Source: Cyanobacteria bacterium REEB446 (GTDB lineage Bacteria > Cyanobacteriota > Vampirovibrionia > LMEP-6097). Taken from it: a stretch of DNA of 64,000 bases. The position numbers and the translations under genes are program-made. The notes beneath the pieces were generated by a model, which worked only from the letters and a program-made list of their open reading frames with translations, was not told the DNA's origin and did not search any database. Location: positions 7,889 to 71,888 of the forward strand of contig JAGWWP010000001.1 of assembly GCA_018970325.1 (NCBI GenBank), in the 5' to 3' direction. Each line of letters begins with the position of its first letter. The first letter of the stretch is position 1. Below are positions 41,684 to 51,494 of this stretch, piece after piece.

Positions 41684-44347
41684 GTGTTAAAGAATGATGA
41701 AAAGCAAATAAAAATATTTGAGACTGGCTCTAAATGGCTAAGAGCTGATTTTCATCTACATACTCGTGCAGATAAAGAATTTATTTATACTAAAAACGAG
41801 AACGATTTTATAAGTGATTATATTAAAGGACTAAAAAAAGCTGATATTCGACTCGGCGTGATTACTAATCATAATAAATTTGACTTAAGTGAGTTTAAGG
41901 CACTAAGGAAGGCTGCTCGCAGAGAAGAAATTTGCTTGCTTCCTGGAGTAGAACTCTCTGTAAATGAAGGTAGTAGCGGGGTTCATGTACTAGTAATTTT
42001 TAATCCAGATGAATGGATAAAATCTGAGAGCGATTTAATTAATCCTTTCATTAGCTCAATGTTTCCTGGAAAAACTAAAATAGAATATGAAAACGAAAAT
42101 GCTAATTCGGATAAAAATCTTATAGATACCATTGAAGAGCTTGGTAAAAGGAATCTTGATTACTTCATAATTTTTGCTCATGTAGAAAATAACAAGGGAC
42201 TATGGAAAGAAGTCAATGGTGCTAAACTCACTCAATTTTTCACAGAAGAACGTTACACCGTTCTAAAAGAAAGATGTTTAGGATTTCAAAAAGTTCGCAC
42301 CCATGATGTTGCAGAGCATCCTTGTAGGCTTAAAGTTCAAAACCGGCTTGGTAATTGGTATCCAGCAGAACTAGAAGGTAGTGATTGTAAAAAAATAGAA
42401 GACATCGGTAAAGGCAAAACAACATATCTTAAATTAGGCAGCTTTAATTTTGAAGCGATAAAACATGCTCTATTAGATTATAAAAGCCGTGTCAGAGAGA
42501 GCCTTCCAGAAATCAAACATTCATACATCCAAAAAATCAGCTTCACAGAAGGAGTAGGGAGCTTATCCTCTCAGACAATAAATTTCTCAGCAGCTTTAAA
42601 TACTCTCATCGGCATTAGAGGCAGTGGTAAATCATCTCTCATAGAAGTTTTGCGCTATGCTTTAGATCTCTCTGTAGGAGATAATGATAAAAAATATAAA
42701 AATGATTTGATTGACAAAGCATTAGGCAGCTCAGGTAAGCTAATACTAAATCTAGTAGACTGTCATAATCAGGAATATGAAATTCATAAAATAAAAGATC
42801 AAAGCTCAGACATATATTTAAATGGCAATAAAATAAGTGGAATTTCTATAAAAGATACTATAATCCGTAATCCTATTTACTTTGGGCAAAAAGATTTAAC
42901 GGGATTATCATCAGAAAACACTCTAATTGAGAAATTCCTAGAAAGAGAATTAAGGGATATTCGCCTAAAAATTAATCAAAAATCTGATGAAGTAAAAACC
43001 TATCTAGATAAGCTTTCCAAAAGATCTAAGGCTGAAGAAGCTTATAAGGAGCAGCTAGGCATTATTACGAACAACACGCATAGATTAGAAACATATAAAA
43101 AATATAATTTAGAAGAGAAACTTAATGAAAGTCTAGAACTAGAGAAAGATTTAGATTACATAGAAAAAAGTAAATCTATAACAGAAGATTTTATAAATAA
43201 ATTCAATGTGTTCCTGAATACTTATACAGATACCTTAAAGAATTTTCCAATGCGTGAATCCAAGCACAATAAGGACTTAGTTAGCGAATCTATAAACAAA
43301 AATCAAGAATTTCAACAAATACTAGAGTCCTTAAAAATCTATTTAGGAAAGGCAGAAAAAATAAAAGAAGATTTCATTAATCTCTCAAACACTCTAGGAG
43401 CAAGAAAAGAATCTGCAAAAGAATCTTTTGCTGAGCTAGAAAGGAACTTAGCTTTAGAAATAGAAAACAGTTCAATCAAAAACATTAGTATAGATGATTT
43501 CAAAAAACTCACCGATGAACTCAGGAAAGCCCAAGGGATTGCAGATGAATTACTAAAAGTAATTAATGATGAAAAAAAACTCTCAGAAGCTTTTGAAAAT
43601 TCATTAAACGAATTAGAAAACCTTTGGTTAGAGGAATATAATCTAGCTAAAACGAAATTAAAAGAACTCTGTAAAGATACTAAATCCATATCCATAGAAT
43701 GTGAATACCAAAACAACAAAGAAGCTTTCCTAAACTTTATAAAGCAAATTTTTACTGGTAGCGGTAAGCAGCCTGTTACTTACAAAAAAATCAGTGAAGA
43801 GTTTAAGAATTTTATTGAATTGTATAGAACTTTAGAGAATAACTTTGAAGATAAAAAAAGCTTCTTTGGATCAAATCCAGAAGATTTTCGCAAACTCTTT
43901 AACGAAAAAATAAAAGAATTAATTACATATCAAACACCTAATAAGTACCTTATTAATTATCATGGTAAAAACTTATTACATCACTCTCTAGGACAGCGTG
44001 CATCAGCTTTAATAATATTTATTTTAACTCGTGGTGGTCACGACCTTATCGTGATTGATCAGCCAGAAGATGATTTAGATAATCAAACTATTTATGAAGA
44101 TGTTATTAAACTAATCCGTGAAATAAAACCTCAGGTACAGTTTATACTTGCCACTCATAATCCTAATATTCCAGTGCTTGCTGATGCAGAATTAGTACAG
44201 GTCTGCTCTTTTACTAATGAAAAGATAGAAATTAGCTCTGGCAGCATTGATGAACCAAATACACAGAAACAAATTATTAATATCATGGAAGGTGGCAAAG
44301 AAGCTTTTGATCGCAGAAAGGAAATATATAAAAAATGGAATCCCTAG
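41684..44347 (+). CDS. PHP phosphoesterase + ABC/SMC-type ATPase (TrlF/Ppl-like defence protein)
   Basis: RADFHLHT, ITNHN, PGVEL, VHVL, FAHV, GSD (PHP domain); IGIRGSGKSS, coiled coil, SLGQR, IVIDQPEDDLDN, ATHNPNIPV. Confidence 0.85.
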   Translation: MLKNDEKQIKIFETGSKWLRADFHLHTRADKEFIYTKNENDFISDYIKGLKKADIRLGVITNHNKFDLSEFKALRKAARREEICLLPGVELSVNEGSSGVHVLVIFNPDEWIKSESDLINPFISSMFPGKTKIEYENENANSDKNLIDTIEELGKRNLDYFIIFAHVENNKGLWKEVNGAKLTQFFTEERYTVLKERCLGFQKVRTHDVAEHPCRLKVQNRLGNWYPAELEGSDCKKIEDIGKGKTTYLKLGSFNFEAIKHALLDYKSRVRESLPEIKHSYIQKISFTEGVGSLSSQTINFSAALNTLIGIRGSGKSSLIEVLRYALDLSVGDNDKKYKNDLIDKALGSSGKLILNLVDCHNQEYEIHKIKDQSSDIYLNGNKISGISIKDTIIRNPIYFGQKDLTGLSSENTLIEKFLERELRDIRLKINQKSDEVKTYLDKLSKRSKAEEAYKEQLGIITNNTHRLETYKKYNLEEKLNESLELEKDLDYIEKSKSITEDFINKFNVFLNTYTDTLKNFPMRESKHNKDLVSESINKNQEFQQILESLKIYLGKAEKIKEDFINLSNTLGARKESAKESFAELERNLALEIENSSIKNISIDDFKKLTDELRKAQGIADELLKVINDEKKLSEAFENSLNELENLWLEEYNLAKTKLKELCKDTKSISIECEYQNNKEAFLNFIKQIFTGSGKQPVTYKKISEEFKNFIELYRTLENNFEDKKSFFGSNPEDFRKLFNEKIKELITYQTPNKYLINYHGKNLLHHSLGQRASALIIFILTRGGHDLIVIDQPEDDLDNQTIYEDVIKLIREIKPQVQFILATHNPNIPVLADAELVQVCSFTNEKIEISSGSIDEPNTQKQIINIMEGGKEAFDRRKEIYKKWNP

Positions 44348-45498
44348 ATATAATATTAGCTACAGCTCGGGGAGAGGATTCCACTCACCAATTAAAAAGT
44401 AATTATTCTAATCTAGAGCAGCTTAGTGCAGATATGGTAGCGTTCAGCAATAGCCATGGAGGTAACATTCTTATTGGTATTCAAGAATTTAAAGATGAAG
44501 CCAATACCATAATCGGTCTTAGTGATCAGGAAATTAAAAATTTGAATCAAATGATTTCCAATGCAGCAAGTCAAGGAGTAATTCCAGCTATAAATCCCAA
44601 AACTTCTATTGTCGAAGTAAATAGCAAAATGGTACTAGTAATAGAAATTCCAGAAGGAATAAATAAGCCTTACCAAGATAAAAATGGTATCTTCTGGGTT
44701 AGAAGCGGCTCTGATAAACGTAAAGCTACGGCGAGAGAAGAATTACAAAGACTATTTCAGAATGCTGGTCTAGTACACGCAGATGAAGTTCCTGTAAGTG
44801 GTTCTAATATTTCTGACTTAGATTTAGATTACTTTAGTAAATTCTATGAAAAGCGTTTTGGCAGAAGCTTAGAAAATGAATTTCTCTCGCTAGATAAAAT
44901 CTTAGAAAATATGAATCTAGCTCAGAATCAGCAATTAAATCTAGCAGCGACCTTATTATTCAGCAAAAATCCAGACTTCCGCCTACCAGCATTTATTGTA
45001 AAAGCTCGTTCTTACTTAAGTGATACTACTAATGAGAATTCATATCTAGATAGTTTAGATATAAGAGGTAGATTAGCAGATGTTTTCCACAGATCAGTAA
45101 ATTTTATTTTGATGAATATTCATCATATTCAAGCTGGACAAAATGTCAACAGTGTAGGTGAATCAGAAATTCCTCGTATAGTACTAGAAGAGCTTATCGC
45201 AAATGCCTTAATGCACAGAGACTACTTTATCTCAGCACCTATTAGAATTTTTGTTTTTCCTAGTCGTATCGAAATTATCAGTCCAGGACACCTACCTAAT
45301 AACCTAAGCATTGAGAATATTAAAGCTGGTAACTCAAATATGCGAAACCCGGTCTTAGCTTCTTTCGCTGTCAATTTATTACCATATCAAGGGATCGGAA
45401 CAGGTATCCTAAGGGCTTTGAGTAACTATCCAGATATTGACTTTGAGAATGATCGTAATAATAACCAATTCAAATGTACTATTCACAGGAGTCAGTAA
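44335..45498 (+). CDS. AlbA_2 (Schlafen-like) + HATPase_c_4 protein
   Basis: GEDSTHQLK, MVAFSNSHGG.ILIGI, WVRSGS, ELIANALMHRDY, RIEIISPG.LP, RNPVLA, GTGI. Confidence 0.88.
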   Translation: MESLDIILATARGEDSTHQLKSNYSNLEQLSADMVAFSNSHGGNILIGIQEFKDEANTIIGLSDQEIKNLNQMISNAASQGVIPAINPKTSIVEVNSKMVLVIEIPEGINKPYQDKNGIFWVRSGSDKRKATAREELQRLFQNAGLVHADEVPVSGSNISDLDLDYFSKFYEKRFGRSLENEFLSLDKILENMNLAQNQQLNLAATLLFSKNPDFRLPAFIVKARSYLSDTTNENSYLDSLDIRGRLADVFHRSVNFILMNIHHIQAGQNVNSVGESEIPRIVLEELIANALMHRDYFISAPIRIFVFPSRIEIISPGHLPNNLSIENIKAGNSNMRNPVLASFAVNLLPYQGIGTGILRALSNYPDIDFENDRNNNQFKCTIHRSQ

Positions 45499-45539
45499 AA
45501 TAATTTAAGATGTCTTTAAAAAAGCTACACGCTCAGAAT

Positions 45540-48500
45540 TCATTTTAAATCTTCTATTAATTTAGCCAATGCTATTCGATCAATCCACTCAATATTATGT
45601 TCTTGACTCATGCGACTTAATTCAGCCTGGTGACAATCTTTGTAGGTGCCATTCGTGATAAACATCGCTCTATCAATATTATAATAACTACTGTAGCTCT
45701 TTAAAACTTCGGGAAAACTCATTAATTTATTACGATCTCCGTAATCTTTACCCCCGTGTACATGTTTAACCTGTGCTGCGATTTGTTTGCCATTTTCATC
45801 ATCGAAAATAAAATCAACTCCAATATCTCTAGGTTTTTTGACCACATAACCTTTCTTTTCAAAAATACGCCTAATAATTTTCTCAAACTCTAGTCCCTGT
45901 TGGCTTTTATTTTGATATTTAATAGAATCTATCTCATCTAAAGAAGGAATTTTACTATCTGTATCTGTCTTGGGGTCTAGTTCTTTACTCATTTCTTTTA
46001 AGATGTCTCCTTCTGAAATATTTTGTGTATAACTCAAATCAAAGAGATTTTTTCTAGCTGTACGCTTTATTTCTAGCCTATCGTGAAGATTTTTCTCAAA
46101 AGTATGCTCTGCTACGAAATAGTACACATAAACATTTTTCTTCTGTCCCGTTCTATAAGCTCTACATGTAGCTTGATCTTCGACTGCGGGATTCCACCAA
46201 CGAGTTAGATGCAGCACATGATTAGCTTCTTGGAGGTTTAAACCCATACCAGCACAGCGTGGTGATAGAACTAAAGCTGAAAAACCATTTTCTGCCTGAA
46301 ATTTCTTTAAATTATCTTTTTTATCTTCCTCTGAAAGTTTACTGTTAATAGGAGCTAGACTTAAATTAAAATGATCGTTAATGAAGTCCTGGACTGCTTC
46401 TTGATAATGATTATATTCACAGAAAACTAAAGCTTTTTCATTTTTTTTCTTTATGTCTTTTAGTAAGTCTTTTAATTTACCTAAACGATCATTTTCAGTA
46501 AACCATTCTTGGAAATGAGGTTTAGTATAAATCTTGCCATTAGCAAGAAACCTATGTATGGAAGATTGTTTAATTAAACCTACTTTTTTCAGAGCAGGAT
46601 ATTTGCTTTTTAAAATACTATGTATGTGTTCCTCAGATTCTTCTTCAAGTTTAAAGGAAACGTTCGTTGAAACTAGTTCAGGGAGATCTTTCTTTAATTC
46701 AGGATCTTCTTTTAGCCGACCATTGGCATAGCCTTTAGTGAAATTGCCAAATTCTAGGCTTGTAATCAGATCTTTAAAACAACGTTCTCTTTCGCTATCT
46801 GGTAAATCTTGGTTAAAAAAAGCTTGATATTTTTTCCTAAAATCTTTTAATGATCCTAAAAGACCTGCATGAGAGCTATCCATAATATTCCAAAGCTCAG
46901 ACATATCATTTTCGATAGGTGTTCCACTCATGAGAATTTTAAAAGTAACATTAGTCGCTATCGCTTTTAATACAGTAGATACCTGCGTTTTAGCTGACTT
47001 AGCTTTTTGTACTTCGTCGCAGAGTAATAATGACCATGGAATTTGAGCGAAAGAATGCTGATAATTAACCATGGTGTCATAGGTGATAATGATGCATTTA
47101 TGTTTTAAAAGTAAATTTTTATCTAATAAAGGATAGCCTAGTTTCCCTTCAGGGACAGCTTTAGCACTGCTATCTCGGAAATATTTTTTAGGAGAAATCG
47201 ATTTAGCAGCTGTTTGAGAACCATGTAAAATAGTAAAATCAAATTCTTTACTATCTATAAAAAAATTTTTAGCTTGCTCCTCGAAGTTATCTAAAAGTAT
47301 AGGTGGAACTACTATTAAAATAGGCTTAAAATCTGTTTCGGGGAAACGCTTTTGCCAAATAGATCTCATTAGTAGTTTAATGAAACACATGGTCTGAAAA
47401 GTCTTACCTAAGCCCATATCATCAGCTAGAAGCACACCTGGATACGAAGCCATAAAGCAGTTTACCAACCATTCTATACATTGTTTTTGATAAGGGAAAA
47501 TATTAATCCCATCTTTCGTATCGATTAAACTCCAGTCTAAATGGGTGTTTAACTCATCAGTACTTTGTCTTTCATCATATTCTCGAATTTCGGCATTAGT
47601 CTGAATAATCAGTGCTTTATCATTCTCTGCTTTAGGAATGTTTTCAGAGTTAGTTTCTGCTTTTAGGCTTTTTTGAAATAATTTACTACCTTTATCTAAG
47701 CAGCTATTTATATAGTGAAAAGACTCTTGGCGCGTTATATCTAGTTCGACCTCATCACCTGTTTTGCTATCTTTTAGAAGATAGCTGCGTTGTGATTCTT
47801 TCGCTGCTAATTTAAGGTCTTCTTTAGCAATATTTAAATCTTCTTGATTGAGAAAAACGCTTTTATTTTCCTCTCCTTGATTTGAGTTGCCTAGATTAAT
47901 TTTTATAAAATTATCATCCTCTAAAATGACAGCATTTTGCTTATTATCTGCTTCTATAAGCTCATCCATGCCATCGAAAATTGTTTTCTGTTGAACTTTA
48001 CCAAACTGTCCTGGGATGACTATCGGTTTACCGATTCCTATTACTCTAGGACCGTATTGGCTAACATCTAGATTAAAAATATTATAGAACTCTGGAAGCT
48101 CTTTTAGAATTGAGCTATCAGAGTGATATTTTAATTTCTCAATTATTTCATCACTCGCCTTATGGTGATAATCGGTCTTTAATTTAAGGAGAGCCTTTTT
48201 AGTAGAGGGATTTAAGCCTAAATCTATATTCTCACCATTCGCTGTCCTAATTTTTATAGTATTGGACTGGGTATCCCAGATTCTTAAGCCTCTTTGTATC
48301 GCTTCTAAAGCTTTTTCTGTGCTTTCATATTTTAAAACCTCGCCTAACTCTTCATTAAAGGGTACTAAAGATGCTAAGTCTTCACTGCTACTAACTTCTA
48401 GAGATTTAGTGGCATATAAGTCGAACTTATTATAATGAAATATTTTTATGTCACTCAGTCTTAAATCATTTAGTAAAAGTGAATTATCACTATCATGCTT

Positions 48501-49193
48501 AGTAATCCATTCATGCACTTTCTGTAAAGCACTTATGATAACTGGATTATTCGCTGACCAGAGTTCCTTTTGATTTATATAACTATCAAAGAGTTGGTAA
48601 ATCCAGTATGGTAATACTGTAAGAGACTGCTTTTTAGCCTTAAGATTTAAATCTAAAATTAAGCCATTTTCTTTAACTTTATCTGTAATATTTTGAAAGC
48701 CATTTTCAGTTTTCATTGAAAGCCATAGCTCTACTTCACTACCGCTAAATTCAGCGGTTACTTTAAATTCTTTATTAGTGTTTAAGACAGGAAAATAATC
48801 TAAGATTTTTCTATCCTCATCTAAAGCTATTTTCAAGCTTAGAGTACCTTCACCTTCGCTATCTTCCTCCTCTTCCTCAGAGCTAAAATTAATTCCTAAA
48901 GTCTCAGCAGTTTCTTTATCTAAAGAGCTTTTCTGTAAATTAATTAGAAAATTATTTTTTAAATTCTCGTAATTTATAAAATAATCGCCATTATCATCAA
49001 TGTTGAAAAAATTTTTATTGTTTAAAACATTATAGATACTCAGATCGTCATGGAATGCCTTTTCTAGACTTAATCTTAGACCATGAAACACGGGCTTTAA
49101 TCTGAAGCGAGTCTTTAAAAAGCTTTTCCCTGTAGTTTTATTAGAACTCTTTTTTTTGAATAGATCTAAAAAGGCATTTAATGAACTAGGCAT
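45540..49193 (-). CDS. zorD: Zorya ZorD-like SNF2 helicase with C-terminal Mrr-like nuclease
   Basis: LLADDMGLGKT, CDEVQ, SGTPIEN, GMGLNLQEANHV, WWNPAVEDQATCRAYRTGQ; C-terminal EFE...DIGVD...AAQVK; last gene of the zorABC operon. Confidence 0.85.
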   Translation of the reverse strand: MPSSLNAFLDLFKKKSSNKTTGKSFLKTRFRLKPVFHGLRLSLEKAFHDDLSIYNVLNNKNFFNIDDNGDYFINYENLKNNFLINLQKSSLDKETAETLGINFSSEEEEEDSEGEGTLSLKIALDEDRKILDYFPVLNTNKEFKVTAEFSGSEVELWLSMKTENGFQNITDKVKENGLILDLNLKAKKQSLTVLPYWIYQLFDSYINQKELWSANNPVIISALQKVHEWITKHDSDNSLLLNDLRLSDIKIFHYNKFDLYATKSLEVSSSEDLASLVPFNEELGEVLKYESTEKALEAIQRGLRIWDTQSNTIKIRTANGENIDLGLNPSTKKALLKLKTDYHHKASDEIIEKLKYHSDSSILKELPEFYNIFNLDVSQYGPRVIGIGKPIVIPGQFGKVQQKTIFDGMDELIEADNKQNAVILEDDNFIKINLGNSNQGEENKSVFLNQEDLNIAKEDLKLAAKESQRSYLLKDSKTGDEVELDITRQESFHYINSCLDKGSKLFQKSLKAETNSENIPKAENDKALIIQTNAEIREYDERQSTDELNTHLDWSLIDTKDGINIFPYQKQCIEWLVNCFMASYPGVLLADDMGLGKTFQTMCFIKLLMRSIWQKRFPETDFKPILIVVPPILLDNFEEQAKNFFIDSKEFDFTILHGSQTAAKSISPKKYFRDSSAKAVPEGKLGYPLLDKNLLLKHKCIIITYDTMVNYQHSFAQIPWSLLLCDEVQKAKSAKTQVSTVLKAIATNVTFKILMSGTPIENDMSELWNIMDSSHAGLLGSLKDFRKKYQAFFNQDLPDSERERCFKDLITSLEFGNFTKGYANGRLKEDPELKKDLPELVSTNVSFKLEEESEEHIHSILKSKYPALKKVGLIKQSSIHRFLANGKIYTKPHFQEWFTENDRLGKLKDLLKDIKKKNEKALVFCEYNHYQEAVQDFINDHFNLSLAPINSKLSEEDKKDNLKKFQAENGFSALVLSPRCAGMGLNLQEANHVLHLTRWWNPAVEDQATCRAYRTGQKKNVYVYYFVAEHTFEKNLHDRLEIKRTARKNLFDLSYTQNISEGDILKEMSKELDPKTDTDSKIPSLDEIDSIKYQNKSQQGLEFEKIIRRIFEKKGYVVKKPRDIGVDFIFDDENGKQIAAQVKHVHGGKDYGDRNKLMSFPEVLKSYSSYYNIDRAMFITNGTYKDCHQAELSRMSQEHNIEWIDRIALAKLIEDLK

Positions 49194-50754
49194 AATTAAT
49201 TTCTTCTCCAGTCTTAGGGTTTCTAGGGGTTAGCTCATATAGCTCTTTCATCATGCACGTAACGGACTCATTCCAAAAGCGATTACTACGACTAAAACGC
49301 CAGTGAGGAGATCTCCTGAATGATGCTTGATCTTTTTTTGCATCGTAAACTATATCTGTAAAAATGAAATAATCTCTAAGGCGAATTGGTACACTGATAT
49401 TTTTACCGAAATAAGTGTCATAAAACCTTAGAAGGATCTTCTCATTCTCAGAAAGAGAAGGTTTGTTTTTTATAGAGTTAATATTATAGACATATGCAGC
49501 AGTACCAGTGTCAACTGTTTCGAAAATCAATATTTGATCTATTTTGAGAACGAAAGATGTTAAAGAAGAGTGATTTAAAATTGGCTCTATAAATAAATCA
49601 ATATCTTTTTTTTCAGTTAATTTTTTAAATTGATTTATTTTATATCGATCAGGTAAAAAAATTCTAAAATCATCAGCATAGTATAAATATCTTTGCCAGC
49701 ACTCTTTACGCCCATGTTTATCTGGAGAGTCTTTAAAGGCAAACTCAAAGAATAAATTAAAGTCTTGTTCATTAAACCAATAGCGAATTTTTTTATATAC
49801 CCCTTCGTCACTTTCCTGTAGGATCTGCCACTCAGATTTATTAATACGAGGATCACCTAGTTTATTTTTTGTAAAAGACTTTATTTCGCTCTTTTCTCGT
49901 TCATTAATATTCCACTCTATTGTTTTAAATAGCTTAATAAAGCGCTCACAGCCTTTTCTGGAACGTAGATGAGTAAAAGCATGTAAAATATTTTTAAATA
50001 GATCGAAATTAGAGCGATTAGCCAAGTATTTTTCTAAAAGATAATGGAAGTATTTAGATAGAAGATGATCTATAAAAGAATCATTAGGAAAGAATTTCAC
50101 ATAAAATTTATTAGAGGCTATTTCTAAAATGCTTTCTGATAAATTTTCATCATTAATACTCTGATTTTCTAATAAAATAAATATTTTTTCTGCCTCTGCC
50201 TGAAAGTAGACTTGTTCACTTTTTTCTTTTCTATAAGTTTCAAAATCAAGTAGCAGTGAGTGTTTTTCAAACAGATTATTAATCTGTATTTTAGAATTAC
50301 TAAGTTGGAAAAACCAATCCTCTAAAAGCTCTAACCAAAAATCATCTTTAAATTCATAGTCCTCATTTAGAATTTGAAAACGCCAAATATAGTCATTAAG
50401 CCATCTTAATAAGATACGCTGCGGTTCCTGTCTTTTAATTAAATTTCTGAATTCTAATTCATCTTCAAGACCAGACATAGAGAGACCTAGACGAACTATG
50501 GTTTTTTTAATCTTTATATCATCAGGGTTTTTAAGATATTTTCCCCATTCAGTTTTTAGATCTCCAATCTTAGTTAAGCTAATAGTGTTAAGAGACTTAG
50601 TCTTTAGTTTTCTCAAGCGAGTAATTAATGGATTGAAATGTTTAATTACGTAAGTATTATGGTGATTGAAAAATTCAGAGCTAAAGTGGGAATACTCATT
50701 TGAAGCATCTAAGAGCTTGCTTAGAGATTCTTTGATTTTTAAAACTACACTCAT
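49186..50754 (-). CDS. zorC: Zorya ZorC-like EH_Signature protein
   Basis: LGDPR....W, W....DFNLFF, GRKECWQRY, LIFE....AAYVY; located between zorB and zorD. Confidence 0.75.
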   Translation of the reverse strand: MSVVLKIKESLSKLLDASNEYSHFSSEFFNHHNTYVIKHFNPLITRLRKLKTKSLNTISLTKIGDLKTEWGKYLKNPDDIKIKKTIVRLGLSMSGLEDELEFRNLIKRQEPQRILLRWLNDYIWRFQILNEDYEFKDDFWLELLEDWFFQLSNSKIQINNLFEKHSLLLDFETYRKEKSEQVYFQAEAEKIFILLENQSINDENLSESILEIASNKFYVKFFPNDSFIDHLLSKYFHYLLEKYLANRSNFDLFKNILHAFTHLRSRKGCERFIKLFKTIEWNINEREKSEIKSFTKNKLGDPRINKSEWQILQESDEGVYKKIRYWFNEQDFNLFFEFAFKDSPDKHGRKECWQRYLYYADDFRIFLPDRYKINQFKKLTEKKDIDLFIEPILNHSSLTSFVLKIDQILIFETVDTGTAAYVYNINSIKNKPSLSENEKILLRFYDTYFGKNISVPIRLRDYFIFTDIVYDAKKDQASFRRSPHWRFSRSNRFWNESVTCMMKELYELTPRNPKTGEEINYA

Positions 50755-51479
50755 TTGTTTAAATCCTTGAGATTAGACTGTAGAGCAGCACGCTGTTCAT
50801 TAGATTTTACTCTTATCGTGATTTCTACTCTGCGACTAGCATCACGATTGATATTTAAGAAATTAGGATCATTTTTTATAGAGTTAATATTTAATAACAC
50901 TGAATTCCAGTCCGCACTATTCATGAGTTTAGTACCATATTTTAAATCCTGTTCTCCACGCCCAATTAAATATAGCCACGCCAAGAGAGTTTCATATCTT
51001 GCTTGAGTGCTTGGATTTTTTTGATAATGACTTAAAATATAAGTGCCGATACTTAAAGAACGATTTTGGCTTAAATCTAAATTATTATTATCGTCTCCTA
51101 TATCATCAGTAAATCCTTCTATGTAAACACCTTGAATATAATCTCTATATTTCTCATTTCCCATCAGTATTTCAATAACACGATTAATAAAAATCTGATT
51201 TAAAAACTTTTCACAGTCTTGATTACAGGAATCGCTAGCTGTAAGAAATTTTAACTTATCTTCTTTAACTTCTATAGTACAGGCTAAAGGATCATCTTTC
51301 TTAATGACACAAGATAGATCATCGTTTTTTAGTTCTTTATTAATCTTTTTACTAATCTCTTCAATTTTCGTTATACTGCCTCTAGCGTTATTCTGAGTGA
51401 GAGCTAGCATCAGCATAATAAACACAACCGCTAAGGAGGTCATTAAATCAGTCATTGAGGATTCTAATTTAAGTGCCAT
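50751..51479 (-). CDS. zorB: Zorya ZorB (MotB/OmpA-like)
   Basis: SMTDLM TM with conserved Asp; IEGFTD, NLDLSQNRS, SRRVEI peptidoglycan-binding motifs. Confidence 0.88.
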   Translation of the reverse strand: MALKLESSMTDLMTSLAVVFIMLMLALTQNNARGSITKIEEISKKINKELKNDDLSCVIKKDDPLACTIEVKEDKLKFLTASDSCNQDCEKFLNQIFINRVIEILMGNEKYRDYIQGVYIEGFTDDIGDDNNNLDLSQNRSLSIGTYILSHYQKNPSTQARYETLLAWLYLIGRGEQDLKYGTKLMNSADWNSVLLNINSIKNDPNFLNINRDASRRVEITIRVKSNEQRAALQSNLKDLNK

Positions 51480-51494
51480 AAATTAAAACTTTTA

